Assembly (NCBI GenBank): GCA_963816355.1
Contig: CAWFKH010000006.1
Coordinates: 1-64,000, forward strand
Reading direction: 5' to 3'
DNA length: 64,000 bases
From: an uncultured Gemmatimonadales bacterium
Lineage (GTDB): Bacteria > Gemmatimonadota > Gemmatimonadetes > Longimicrobiales > RSA9
Part shown: piece by piece, positions 1 to 8,604 of the stretch
Layout of the letters: every line of letters begins with the position of its first letter
How positions within the stretch are numbered: the stretch's first letter is position 1
Notes under the pieces: generated by a model
Databases searched by the model: none
The model's input: only the letters and a program-made list of their open reading frames with translations
Told to the model about the DNA's origin: nothing
Translations under genes and position numbers: made by a program

Positions 1-21
1 GCGACCCGGTGCGCAAATCTG

Positions 22-91
22 CCTTATGCCAGCGGTACGGGCGCATAAGGTTGCGGGCCTATCCTTATGCGCTACATTGCCTCGCATAAGG
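22..91 (+). promoter_or_regulatory. Twin inverted-repeat operators CCTTATGC-N13-GCATAAGG (22-50 and 63-91) over the probable fic promoter
   Basis: Two identical 8-13-8 inverted repeats with a 41-bp period. TTGCGG (51-56) and TACATT (73-78) lie between/inside them. RBS GAGGAG precedes ATG 111. Confidence 0.75.
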
Positions 92-110
92 CAGCTTTCC
101 CGAGGAGATC

Positions 111-1268
111 ATGGCCTCTCGATCTGAACGCGCAGGAGCGTTCCGCCGTGAGCCGGCCGGGCACGCGGCGTTTGTCCCAGCCCCCTTCCCACCGGCGGAC
201 CTCAATACGGAGGGCCTTCAGGAGTTGTTGGAGCGAGCGACCCTCGCACTCGGAAGATTGGTGGGGGCTGCCGAGATTCTGCCGGACCCTGACCTCTTCG
301 TCTACATGTACGTGCGCCGCGAAGCCGTCCTCTCGAGCCAGATCGAAGGGACGGAAGCATCCCTGGTCGACCTGCTCGAGTGGGAAGCCCAGATGGAAAA
401 GCTCGAGCGGCGTGTGGATGTGCGCGAGATCACAAACTACATCGAAGCGCTCCGGTACGGCCTTGCCCGGGTAAACGAGCTGCCCCTTTCGCTCCGTCTG
501 ATTCGCGAGATCCACGAGCGGCTCATGACGGGCGTGCGAGGCGGGGAAGCCGCGAAAACGCCGGGTGAGTTCCGCCGATCCCAGAACTGGATCGGCGGCC
601 CGACCCCGCAGACGGCGCGTTTCGTTCCACCGCCAGTGGACGAGATGCACCGTTGCTTGCACGAGTTGGAACGATTTCTTCACGACGCTTCGGACTTGCC
701 GACCCTCATCCGGGTGGGACTGGCCCATGCTCAGTTCGAGACGATCCATCCGTTCCTCGACGGTAACGGTAGAGTCGGCCGCCTGCTGATCACGTTCTTT
801 CTCGTCCATGAAGAAGTCCTCCGGGAGCCAATCCTCTATCTCTCGATCTTCTTCAAGCGCCACCGGCAGGACTACTACGATCGGCTGCAGGCGATCAGGG
901 ATAGCGGAGAATGGGAGGCATGGCTCGCGTTCTTCCTCGAGGGCGTCGCTGAGGTGTCGAAAGAGGCGACTGCGACGGCCCGTCAGATCGTGCATCTCCG
1001 TGAAGAGGAAAGGGCGCGGATTGGGCAAGATCTCGGGCGCCGAGCCGGCGCCGGGCTCCAACTGCTCGAGCACCTCTTTCGCAACCCGGTCGTCAATGTG
1101 AAGCGGGTCGAAGAGGTGACCGGACTCTCTCAACCGGCCGCGAACGCCTTGACGAATGCCATGGAGAAGATTGGCGTGCTCCGCGAGATGACGGGCAAGA
1201 AGAGCTATCGCCTCTTCGGCTTCGATAGGTATCTGCAGCTGTTCAAGGAGAGAGAAGAGCGCGACTGA
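111..1268 (+). CDS. fic: Fic-domain protein adenylyltransferase, class II (SoFic-like), with C-terminal wHTH
   Basis: Fic motif HPFLDGNGRVGR; N-terminal inhibitory motif SSQIEGT; C-terminal HTH-like VNVKRVEEVTGLSQPAANALTNAMEKIG. Confidence 0.93.
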   Translation: MASRSERAGAFRREPAGHAAFVPAPFPPADLNTEGLQELLERATLALGRLVGAAEILPDPDLFVYMYVRREAVLSSQIEGTEASLVDLLEWEAQMEKLERRVDVREITNYIEALRYGLARVNELPLSLRLIREIHERLMTGVRGGEAAKTPGEFRRSQNWIGGPTPQTARFVPPPVDEMHRCLHELERFLHDASDLPTLIRVGLAHAQFETIHPFLDGNGRVGRLLITFFLVHEEVLREPILYLSIFFKRHRQDYYDRLQAIRDSGEWEAWLAFFLEGVAEVSKEATATARQIVHLREEERARIGQDLGRRAGAGLQLLEHLFRNPVVNVKRVEEVTGLSQPAANALTNAMEKIGVLREMTGKKSYRLFGFDRYLQLFKEREERD

Positions 1269-1349
1269 CGGCGTCGGATTCGGATGCTGCGCCTGCGGCG
1301 CTGGATTCGGATTCGCTGCTGGCGGGGCCGGCGGCGTCGGGCGGGGCCC

Positions 1350-1620
1350 GCCCGCCCATGGATCCCGCCAGCGGGAGGCCCAGCAGTATCTGATGGTTGA
1401 CCTCGAGATTCAGGCGGCGCCCCGCTTCCTGCGCCTCGAAATAGCGGCGCCAGCACGATTCGATGGCCGCCCGGCCGACCGCCGCCGGCAGGTTGTGCAT
1501 GACGAGGTTCGCGTCCTGGTCGATGAAAGACGCGAGTGCCGCGGCGTCGTGGGTGTCCCGCGTTGAACGTTCGGGCCCGCCCGGCCGTTGTACGCGAGCC
1601 GGCCGTCGGCGAATTTCCCG
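1350..1620 (-). pseudogene. Possible degraded SnoaL/NTF2-like gene fragment
   Basis: The minus strand reads HDAAALASFIDQDANLVMHNLPAAVGRAAIESCWRRYFEA, resembling the DAxALAxxY...GRxAI pattern. No intact start/RBS; boundaries approximate. Confidence 0.3.
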
Positions 1621-1715
1621 CGCACGGTCAACTCTCCCGCCATTCCCTGCCCGAAGACGATGCGCCCGTTCACGTCACCGCCGGCACGTACTCCGGCCGT
1701 GTAGCTGAACGTGCC

Positions 1716-1879
1716 CTGGAGTTAGCTCTGCGGCGGAGGATGGCGCCGCCCCGTAGCGCGCTCGGCGCGTCGAAGCCACAAAGAAGCCGCCGGCTTCCGG
1801 GCGAAACGGCCTCGGCACCGCCGCGAAGCCGCCCACCCCCGGGAACGGCCCCTGCGCCCCCCGCGCCCTCCGCGTGAAA
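1716..1879 (+). repeat. Partial diverged copy of the MITE-like element at 51869-52112
   Basis: 1861-1879 (CCGCGCCCTCCGCGTGAAA) is identical to 52093-52111. 1765-1810 vs 52002-52047 matches 30/46 ungapped. Confidence 0.6.
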
Positions 1880-1998
1880 TGCCTGAACCTCGCCCCGCCG
1901 CGCACGTTCGGAAGAGCCGCTGCGCCACTTCGCGGCGCGCTTCCCGAAGAGTTTCGGAGCGACTCGAAGTGCACGACGCGCGGTTCGCCCCGGTGCCG

Positions 1999-2028
1999 TT
2001 GACCGGACGAAGCCGATCTTGTTAACCT
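1999..2028 (+). promoter_or_regulatory. Putative sigma70 promoter for the peptidase gene
   Basis: TTGACC-N18-TAACCT with an extended -10 TG. Confidence 0.4.
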
Positions 2029-2106
2029 GCGGGCTCGAACTCGCCGCCGCGGGGCCCCCCTGGAATCGGGGCGGCCGCGGCCTTCCGGGCGTGAGGAGGT
2101 GGGGCG

Positions 2107-4275
2107 ATGCGGGATGAGCGGGAGTGCCGTGAGTACGGGGCCAGGCGGACGACCGCGCGGGCATGGACGTTCCGCGCGAGCAGGACGCTCTCCGCCCTGA
2201 CGGCGTGGGCGGCCGTCGCCGCCCTTCCCGCGGCGGCACAGAGCGGGGCCGACGCCCCGGGCCGCCTCGGCTCCGTGGGTGCCGAGACGCCGGCCGCCCT
2301 GGCGGAGCTGGTGGTCGGGCGCTTCGCGGCGGGGACGCAGGAGGCGTTCGACAGCGTGTATCCGGGGGAACGAGGACGGGCCCTGGTTGCGTTCGCGCGC
2401 CGCAACGCCGGGGAGCGCCGGCCCGGAGACGCGGTCGTGATCGCGTCCTCGGAGGATCGCGCGGTGCTGCTGCTGTCGGGTTGGGTCGCCTTCGGCAACT
2501 CGGGCTCCGAGACCACGGTCGCGCGGGACTTCTCGGGTCTCTACGAGGCGCGCCGCGCGGACGGGTCGTGGCGCCTCGGCCCGCGCATCGCGATCGACAG
2601 CGTGAACCGGATCCGCGAGCAAGCCCTCGGCGTCCGCATCCACCCCGGGCGGGGTCTCGACGTGCGGGACACGCTCACGGTCGACGTACGGGACCCGAAC
2701 GGCTTCTGGGTCTATCTGAACCACGTGGCCGACATCCGCGACGTACGCGTGGACGGCAAGCGTGCCGAGCACCGGTTCGGAGGCGGCCTCCTCTGGGTTC
2801 GGGCACCGGCAGGAGACGGACGCCGGCTCGCGCTCGACTACGTGCTCGACATGAGACGGGACTCCGCCACGAACGCGAACTCGGGACGATTCGAAGACGC
2901 GGCCGGACACGCACGGAACCAGTACTGGTGGCACCCCTTCTACGACTTCCACTCGGTGGGCGACCTCGCCGACTTCCGCCTCACCGCGCGCGTGCCCCGC
3001 GCGTACCACGTCGCAACCAGCCTCGAGCAGACGGACACGGTCGTCGGAGCGGACCGGATCGTCACGGGGCGCTCGTCCCAGCCCACGTTCGCGCTCACGC
3101 TGATGTACGACCGGGACTGGCGTCCGGTGCGGACACGGGTGGGATCGATGCGTGTCGAGATCTTCGCGACGCCCGACTTCCAGCCGACGGCCGCCCGGAT
3201 CGTGGCGACGATCAGCCACGCGTACGAAACGCTGCTGCCGGCATTCGGTGAGCCGGGCGGACGCTATCTGGCCGTGGCACAGGCGCGGGCGCGCGGCGGA
3301 CAGGGGTGGGCATTCCGCTCGAACGACCTGATCGTCGCCGGTGCCGGCGGCGGCCTGTTCGACAGGGGCGGCGCGCGGCCGAGGGCCTTCCTCGCCCACG
3401 AGGTCTCACACGGCTGGACGCACCCGACCGGTCTTGGCGGCAACTTCCTCGCCGAAGGATGGGCCAGCTTCGCCGAGCCCCTGATGCTCGCGCCCATCTA
3501 CGGCCCGGCCGTCGTCCCGCGGTTCTGGGAGAGCTACCGGACCTGGTATGAGCGCAGCGGCTACGACGGCACCGAGCGGATCGACGACGATCCCGGCAAC
3601 AGCGGCGTTGCGTACAATAAGGGAAGCTGGATCCTGCACATGCTCGAAGAGACCCTGGGCGACTCCATCTTCGACGCGGGGATGCGCCGCTACATGGCCA
3701 TTCCCGCCGGCCGGCCCGCGGGTCTGGAGGAGTTCTCCGCCGCCATGTCGGCGGCGGCCGGCCACGACGTGAGGCCGTTCCTCGCACCCTGGCTCCACGG
3801 CAAGACGATTCCCGACATCGACGCGCGCGTCGAGGGCGACCGCATCGTACTGAGCCAGACGGGCGCTGTCTTCCGTCTCCCGCTGGACGTGCTCGTGTTG
3901 ACGCGGTTCGGCGCCCTGCGTCGACACATCCAACTGACGGCCCGCAAAGACACGCTCGTCGTGCCGGAGGTCGGTCCGATCGAGGGCGTTCGGCTCGATC
4001 CGGATCATCGCCTGCTGATCCGCCGCCAGTACGGCGACACCGTCACACTCGCCGTGCACGCACCCGGCGCCGGGAAGGTCGCGCTGTTCAGCGACTTCTC
4101 CAACGACGAGATCCCGGCCAGCCGTACGGGCGACACGTGGGCCGTCTCGGTCACCCTGACCGAGGGCACCTACATGTATGCATGGCATATCGACGACGAC
4201 TACGGCCCGCCCCTGGATCTGGTCGTCGACCCCGTGGAGCGCGTGGACGACGCCTATCCGCGTGGCTCGAGATGA
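2107..4275 (+). CDS. Secreted M1-family (gluzincin) zinc aminopeptidase-like protein with C-terminal CBM48/AMPK-beta-like domain
   Basis: Signal peptide (AVAALPAAA-QS); HEVSH...LAEGWASF zinc motif; VAYNKG; C-terminal VALFSDFSN...GDTWAVSVTLTEGTYMYAWHID. Confidence 0.8.
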   Translation: MRDERECREYGARRTTARAWTFRASRTLSALTAWAAVAALPAAAQSGADAPGRLGSVGAETPAALAELVVGRFAAGTQEAFDSVYPGERGRALVAFARRNAGERRPGDAVVIASSEDRAVLLLSGWVAFGNSGSETTVARDFSGLYEARRADGSWRLGPRIAIDSVNRIREQALGVRIHPGRGLDVRDTLTVDVRDPNGFWVYLNHVADIRDVRVDGKRAEHRFGGGLLWVRAPAGDGRRLALDYVLDMRRDSATNANSGRFEDAAGHARNQYWWHPFYDFHSVGDLADFRLTARVPRAYHVATSLEQTDTVVGADRIVTGRSSQPTFALTLMYDRDWRPVRTRVGSMRVEIFATPDFQPTAARIVATISHAYETLLPAFGEPGGRYLAVAQARARGGQGWAFRSNDLIVAGAGGGLFDRGGARPRAFLAHEVSHGWTHPTGLGGNFLAEGWASFAEPLMLAPIYGPAVVPRFWESYRTWYERSGYDGTERIDDDPGNSGVAYNKGSWILHMLEETLGDSIFDAGMRRYMAIPAGRPAGLEEFSAAMSAAAGHDVRPFLAPWLHGKTIPDIDARVEGDRIVLSQTGAVFRLPLDVLVLTRFGALRRHIQLTARKDTLVVPEVGPIEGVRLDPDHRLLIRRQYGDTVTLAVHAPGAGKVALFSDFSNDEIPASRTGDTWAVSVTLTEGTYMYAWHIDDDYGPPLDLVVDPVERVDDAYPRGSR

Positions 4276-4320
4276 ATCGCGTCGGAGCGAGACAGAACCA
4301 CACGCGATGAGATCGAGCGA

Positions 4321-4341
4321 TGTCAATACGGCGTATTGACA
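4321..4341 (+). promoter_or_regulatory. Perfect palindromic operator TGTCAATACG-G-CGTATTGACA containing a TTGACA -35
   Basis: 10-1-10 perfect inverted repeat ending 30 bp upstream of ATG 4371; TTGACA at 4336-4341. Confidence 0.75.
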
Positions 4342-4370
4342 CGGTCGCGGCGTGGGGTCAGCTTCCCCTC

Positions 4371-4862
4371 ATGGGAACCAGGTCTACCCAGCTCCAGATC
4401 CGCATCACGCCGGCCGAGAAGGCGGAGTTGAAGCGCCGGGCGGCGCGAGCGGGACAGGACGTGTCGAGCTACGTGCTGTCGCGGGCGCTGCCATCGGCTG
4501 CGGTCGCGTTCGCGGGCATCGTGGAGGCGCTGAGGGCCGGCGCGGGCCGCGGCTACGTGCTGGCCGAGCTGAACGATCTGCTGTCCGGCCTCTCGCCGGC
4601 GGAGTTTCCGGCGGCGGTGTCGGGCGCGGACGTGGCCGCCCTCCCGCCGTTCGAGGCCAACTACGCCGCGGCGATGGTGGAGCAGGCGGCGTACATGAAG
4701 GGGGTGGCGCCACCGGAGTGGACGGTACGGGTGACGCCGCTGGAAGAGCCGTATTTCGCGACGGCGCTGGAGAGCCTGCGGGAGCATCTGCTGCGCTCGT
4801 CGCCGGTGGCGTTCAGGCGTCGGAACCTGTTCGTGGACGCGACGGTGGGCGACCGTGTCTGA
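4371..4862 (+). CDS. Putative antitoxin with N-terminal ribbon-helix-helix (DUF1778/MobC-like) domain
   Basis: QLQIRITPAEKAELKRRAARAGQDVSSYVLSRAL RHH pattern; C-terminal PPEW...PYF...SPVAFRRRNLFV; overlaps the next gene. Confidence 0.7.
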   Translation: MGTRSTQLQIRITPAEKAELKRRAARAGQDVSSYVLSRALPSAAVAFAGIVEALRAGAGRGYVLAELNDLLSGLSPAEFPAAVSGADVAALPPFEANYAAAMVEQAAYMKGVAPPEWTVRVTPLEEPYFATALESLREHLLRSSPVAFRRRNLFVDATVGDRV

Positions 4863-5388
4863 GTTCCCGGTGAAGCTGACACGCGCGGAGATCCTGGAGC
4901 TGTTCGAGCTACTGGATGAGGAGCTGGCGGCGGGGAGCGTCGAGGGGGAGCTGTACCTGGTGGGTGGCGCGGTCATGTGTCTGGCGCTGGAAGCGCGAGA
5001 TGCGACGCGGGACGTCGACGCGACATTCGCCCCCACGCGGGAGATCCGCGAGGCGGCTGCCCGCGTGGCGGCGCGCGCGGGCGTGCCGGACGCGTGGTTG
5101 AACGACGCCGTGAAGGGGTACCTGAGCCCTCGGGGCGACTACGATCCGTTCCTCGACCTGCCCCACCTCCGCGTCTTCGTAGCTCGGCCGGAGTACCTGC
5201 TCGCCATGAAGTGCGCAGCGATGCGGTTGGGCGAGGAGTTCCGCGACCTCGACGACGTGCGATACCTGCTCCGATCCCTGGATGTCGGCACGGTGGACCA
5301 GGCCCTGGCGATCGTCACGCGCTATTTCGACGAGTCGCGGCTGATGCCGAAGACGCGCCTGGCCCTGGCGGATCTCCTGGGGCTGTAG
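4855..5388 (+). CDS. Nucleotidyltransferase (DUF6036/AbiEii-like), putative toxin
   Basis: LYLVGGAVM...RDATRDVD Pol-beta NTase motif; WLND; YLLAMK...RDLDD; 8-nt overlap with the upstream gene. Confidence 0.8.
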   Translation: MSEFPVKLTRAEILELFELLDEELAAGSVEGELYLVGGAVMCLALEARDATRDVDATFAPTREIREAAARVAARAGVPDAWLNDAVKGYLSPRGDYDPFLDLPHLRVFVARPEYLLAMKCAAMRLGEEFRDLDDVRYLLRSLDVGTVDQALAIVTRYFDESRLMPKTRLALADLLGL

Positions 5389-5437
5389 GGTCTCCCCCGA
5401 GCCCGCTGCGTACCGCCCGGGGCGGTTCCGCCGCCGC

Positions 5438-6385
5438 TCACCGCAGCCCCTCCACGAAGCCCCGTCGCCAGCTCGCATACGACGGCGCCCACCCCAGCGA
5501 CCGCTTCGCCCGCGCGTTCGACGCGCCCTTCGCATCCACCATCATCGCGGTCACGGCCGCGCCCGCCAGCAGGCGCGCGAGCCAGCGCGGGACATGGCGG
5601 GGCGGGGGGGCGCCGACGGCGCGGGCGAGGAAGGGGAGCGAGTCGCCGACGGGGGCCGGGTCGTCATCCGTGACGGTGTACACGCCCCGGCCGCCGCGCT
5701 CCACGGCCGCGAGGGTGGCGGCAGCCGCGTCGTCGATGTGGAGGAAGGACCAGACGCCGCGGCCGTCGCCCACGAGCGGGAGCTTCCGGGCGCGGAGGGC
5801 TGCCACCTGCGCGCCGACCGGGTCGAGCGAGATGCTGGTCCCGGGGCCGTAGAACAGGCCGTAGCGGAGGACGATGCCCTCCGTCCAGTCCGCGCCCGTG
5901 ACGGCGGCTTCCAGGTGGTGGAGGGCGGCGATCGTGCTCCGGAAGGGCGCGGGCGGGCTGGGGTGGGGCGGGTCGTCCTCGGTGGTCACCGGCCGGTCGG
6001 TGCGGGCGAGGGTGAAGCCGGCGAACCCCTGGGCGACGAAGCGTGCCACTCCCGCGGCCCGCGCCGCCCCCAGCAGGTGGTCCGTCCCGTCCGTCCGGAG
6101 GCGGTTCGTGGCGGCGAGGGCCCGGTCGTAGTGGCGCGGGTCCAGCGCGTCGGGGATCGCCGTCAGCTGGTGCAGGACGACGTCTGGGGCCGCCTCCGCC
6201 ACGGCTCGGGCCACGGCCGCCGCGTCCAGCGCGTCCGCGACGACGGGCGTGGCGCCGAGTCGCCGGAGCCGCTCCACCTTCACGGGCGTCCGCGTCATCC
6301 CCGTGACGTCGTGGCCGGCCTCGACCAGCAGCGGCACCAGCCGGCGGCCGAGGGCGCCCGTGGCGCCGGCGATGAAGACCTTCAT
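5438..6385 (-). CDS. NAD(P)-dependent epimerase/dehydratase (extended SDR)
   Basis: MKVFIAGATGALG Rossmann motif; LRYGLFYGPG; SFLHIDDAA; RBS GAGGAG. Confidence 0.9.
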   Translation of the reverse strand: MKVFIAGATGALGRRLVPLLVEAGHDVTGMTRTPVKVERLRRLGATPVVADALDAAAVARAVAEAAPDVVLHQLTAIPDALDPRHYDRALAATNRLRTDGTDHLLGAARAAGVARFVAQGFAGFTLARTDRPVTTEDDPPHPSPPAPFRSTIAALHHLEAAVTGADWTEGIVLRYGLFYGPGTSISLDPVGAQVAALRARKLPLVGDGRGVWSFLHIDDAAAATLAAVERGGRGVYTVTDDDPAPVGDSLPFLARAVGAPPPRHVPRWLARLLAGAAVTAMMVDAKGASNARAKRSLGWAPSYASWRRGFVEGLR

Positions 6386-6725
6386 GCGTTTCTCCTCGTG
6401 CGCGTGCGTCCCGAGGGTGCGCCCCCCGCTCCTGTCTACGTCAGGGCCAGCGTGGCGACGTGGAGCAATGCGTGCGCCACCACCAGGTATCGCCGCCGAG
6501 AAGCCAGAAACGCCGCTGGATCATCTCACGCGTACCGACGGTGCAGCGCCTGGAGATCCCGCAGCAGGCGCTCGCCCTCGATGTGTCCGCTCGCAGCATC
6601 GATCCGCGCACGTCGAGGGTTCTGTGCGAGCGGAGCTTCCCGCCCGTACATTGGGCCCCGGTTTCACTCCGCGGGGCAGCGGCTTTTCCGCAGGATGAGG
6701 AGGTTCCGGTGGAAGAGGGGGCAGC

Positions 6726-8336
6726 GTGAGCAAACAGAGCACATCGCACGAGGCGTGGGGCAGTCGGATCGGGTTGATCCTGGCGATGGCGGGCAACGCC
6801 GTGGGGTTGGGCAACTTCCTGCGTTTCCCGCGCCAGGCCACCGTGAACGGCGGTGGCGCATTCATGATCACGTACTTCGTCGCGTTCCTGCTGCTGGGCA
6901 TCCCGCTCATGTGGATCGAGTGGGGGGTGGGCCGGCACGGCGGGCGCTACCGCAAGGGTCACATACCGGGCATGTTCGCGTCGCTGTGGAAGCACCCGGC
7001 GGCGAAGTATCTGGGCGTGCTGGGACTGGCGATCCCGACGATCGTGCTGATCTACTACGCCTACATCGAGAGCTGGACGCTGGCTTTCACGGTCTTCAGC
7101 GCCACCAAGAGCTACTGGGGCCACACGACGCAGGCCTCCATGGTGCAGTACCTCGAGTCGTTCCAGAACGTGGTGCCCGGCGCGCACGCGTTCTGGGAGC
7201 CGTTCGTGTTCTTCCTCGTCACGGTGCTGATCAACTTCTACGTGGTTTCCAAGGGCATTGCCGGCGGCATCGAGAAGCTGGCCAAGATCGGCATGCCGAT
7301 CCTGTTCGGCTTCGCGGTGGTGCTGGTGATCGCGGTGCTGATGCAGCCGCCGGGCCCCGATGGTCACACGGCGCTGCAGGGGCTGAACTTCATCTACAAC
7401 CCGGACTTCTCGAAGCTGGGCGACGCCAGCGTGTGGCTGGCGTCGGCGGGCCAGATCTTCTTCACGCTGTCCGTGGGCATGGGCACGCTGCAGGCGTACG
7501 CGTCGTACCTGTCGTCACAGGACGACATCGCGCTCTCGGGCATCGCCACGGCGGCGACCAACGAGGCCACGGAAGTCGTGCTGGGCGGCACCATCGCGAT
7601 CCCGGCGGCCGTGACGTTCTTCGGCGTCGCCGGCGCCGTGGCCGTGGCGCAGTCCGGGTCCTACAACCTGGGCTTCGCCACCATGCCGGTGATCTTCCAG
7701 CAGATGCCGTTCGGCGCCGGGCTCGGCTTCATGTGGTTCGGCCTGCTGTTCTTCGCGGGCATCACCAGCTCCGTGGCCATGGCGACGCCGGTCATGGCGT
7801 TCATGCGCGAGGAGTTCGGGTTCCGGCGCGAGAGCGTGGCCTGGAGTCTGTGCGCCATCGTCGTGGCCATCGGCATCCTGCACATTCTCTTCCTGGGCCA
7901 CGGGTTCCTGGACGAGTGGGACTACTGGGCCGGCACCTTCGGCCTGGTGGTCTTCGCGGTGATCGAGACGGTGATCTTCGTGTGGGTGTTCAAGCCCGAG
8001 AACGCGTGGAGGGAGCTGCATCTGGGCGCCGACATCCGCATCCCGAAGGTCTTCAAGTTCATCATGACCGTCGTCACGCCGGCGTACCTGTTCTTCATCC
8101 TGATCTGGTGGGGCGCCACGGACGCGCTGCCGATCCTGCTCGACCGGAAGGGGGCGGGCGGCGGGATCCTGTCGCCGGGCGACGAGCCCTACATCCTGCT
8201 CTCCCGGCTGGTGATGGTCGCCATCGTGGTCACGTTCCTGGTCCTGATCCGAATCGCCTGGAAGCGGAACGGGTACGATGACCGGGCCGGCTTCCCGGTC
8301 CAGGAGGATCGACCGCTGCAGGGAGGCGAGCAATGA
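6726..8336 (+). CDS. Sodium-dependent transporter, NSS/SLC6 (LeuT-like) family
   Basis: EAWGSRIGLILAMAGNAVGLGNFLRFP; NGGGAF; GQIFFTLSVG; multiple TM helices. Confidence 0.95.
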   Translation: MSKQSTSHEAWGSRIGLILAMAGNAVGLGNFLRFPRQATVNGGGAFMITYFVAFLLLGIPLMWIEWGVGRHGGRYRKGHIPGMFASLWKHPAAKYLGVLGLAIPTIVLIYYAYIESWTLAFTVFSATKSYWGHTTQASMVQYLESFQNVVPGAHAFWEPFVFFLVTVLINFYVVSKGIAGGIEKLAKIGMPILFGFAVVLVIAVLMQPPGPDGHTALQGLNFIYNPDFSKLGDASVWLASAGQIFFTLSVGMGTLQAYASYLSSQDDIALSGIATAATNEATEVVLGGTIAIPAAVTFFGVAGAVAVAQSGSYNLGFATMPVIFQQMPFGAGLGFMWFGLLFFAGITSSVAMATPVMAFMREEFGFRRESVAWSLCAIVVAIGILHILFLGHGFLDEWDYWAGTFGLVVFAVIETVIFVWVFKPENAWRELHLGADIRIPKVFKFIMTVVTPAYLFFILIWWGATDALPILLDRKGAGGGILSPGDEPYILLSRLVMVAIVVTFLVLIRIAWKRNGYDDRAGFPVQEDRPLQGGEQ

Positions 8337-8509
8337 CGACCACCGCCATCATCTTCATGGCCCTGAGCTGGGTCTTCGTCCTCGGTCTCATGGCCTGGTC
8401 GTACAACCGGATCCTCAAGCACCCGAAGCACCTGGACCCCGACGGCATCGGCCCCGCGCGCCCCGTGGAGCCGCCGCTCGAGCCGCCCATGCCGCCGCCG
8501 GAGGAGTAG
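8333..8509 (+). CDS. 58-aa single-TM protein, MetS-like small subunit of the NSS transporter (not in ORF track)
   Basis: ATGA overlap with the NSS stop and RBS GGAGG. Translation MTTTAIIFMALSWVFVLGLMAWSYNRILKHPKHLDPDGIGPARPVEPPLEPPMPPPEE. Confidence 0.8.
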   Translation: MTTTAIIFMALSWVFVLGLMAWSYNRILKHPKHLDPDGIGPARPVEPPLEPPMPPPEE

Positions 8510-8604
8510 GGGCTCTGGAACGTGACACGCCCGCCGCGGTCGTGCATCTTGAATTCGGCTGACCGGCCCGCAACACCCATTTCCCACCGTTCCGGAGGTG
8601 CTTC

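Noticed and set aside
6436..6651. Minus-strand ORF with an in-frame TGA (selenoprotein or readthrough)
   Set aside because: No recognisable family, no redox motif around the TGA and no convincing SECIS.
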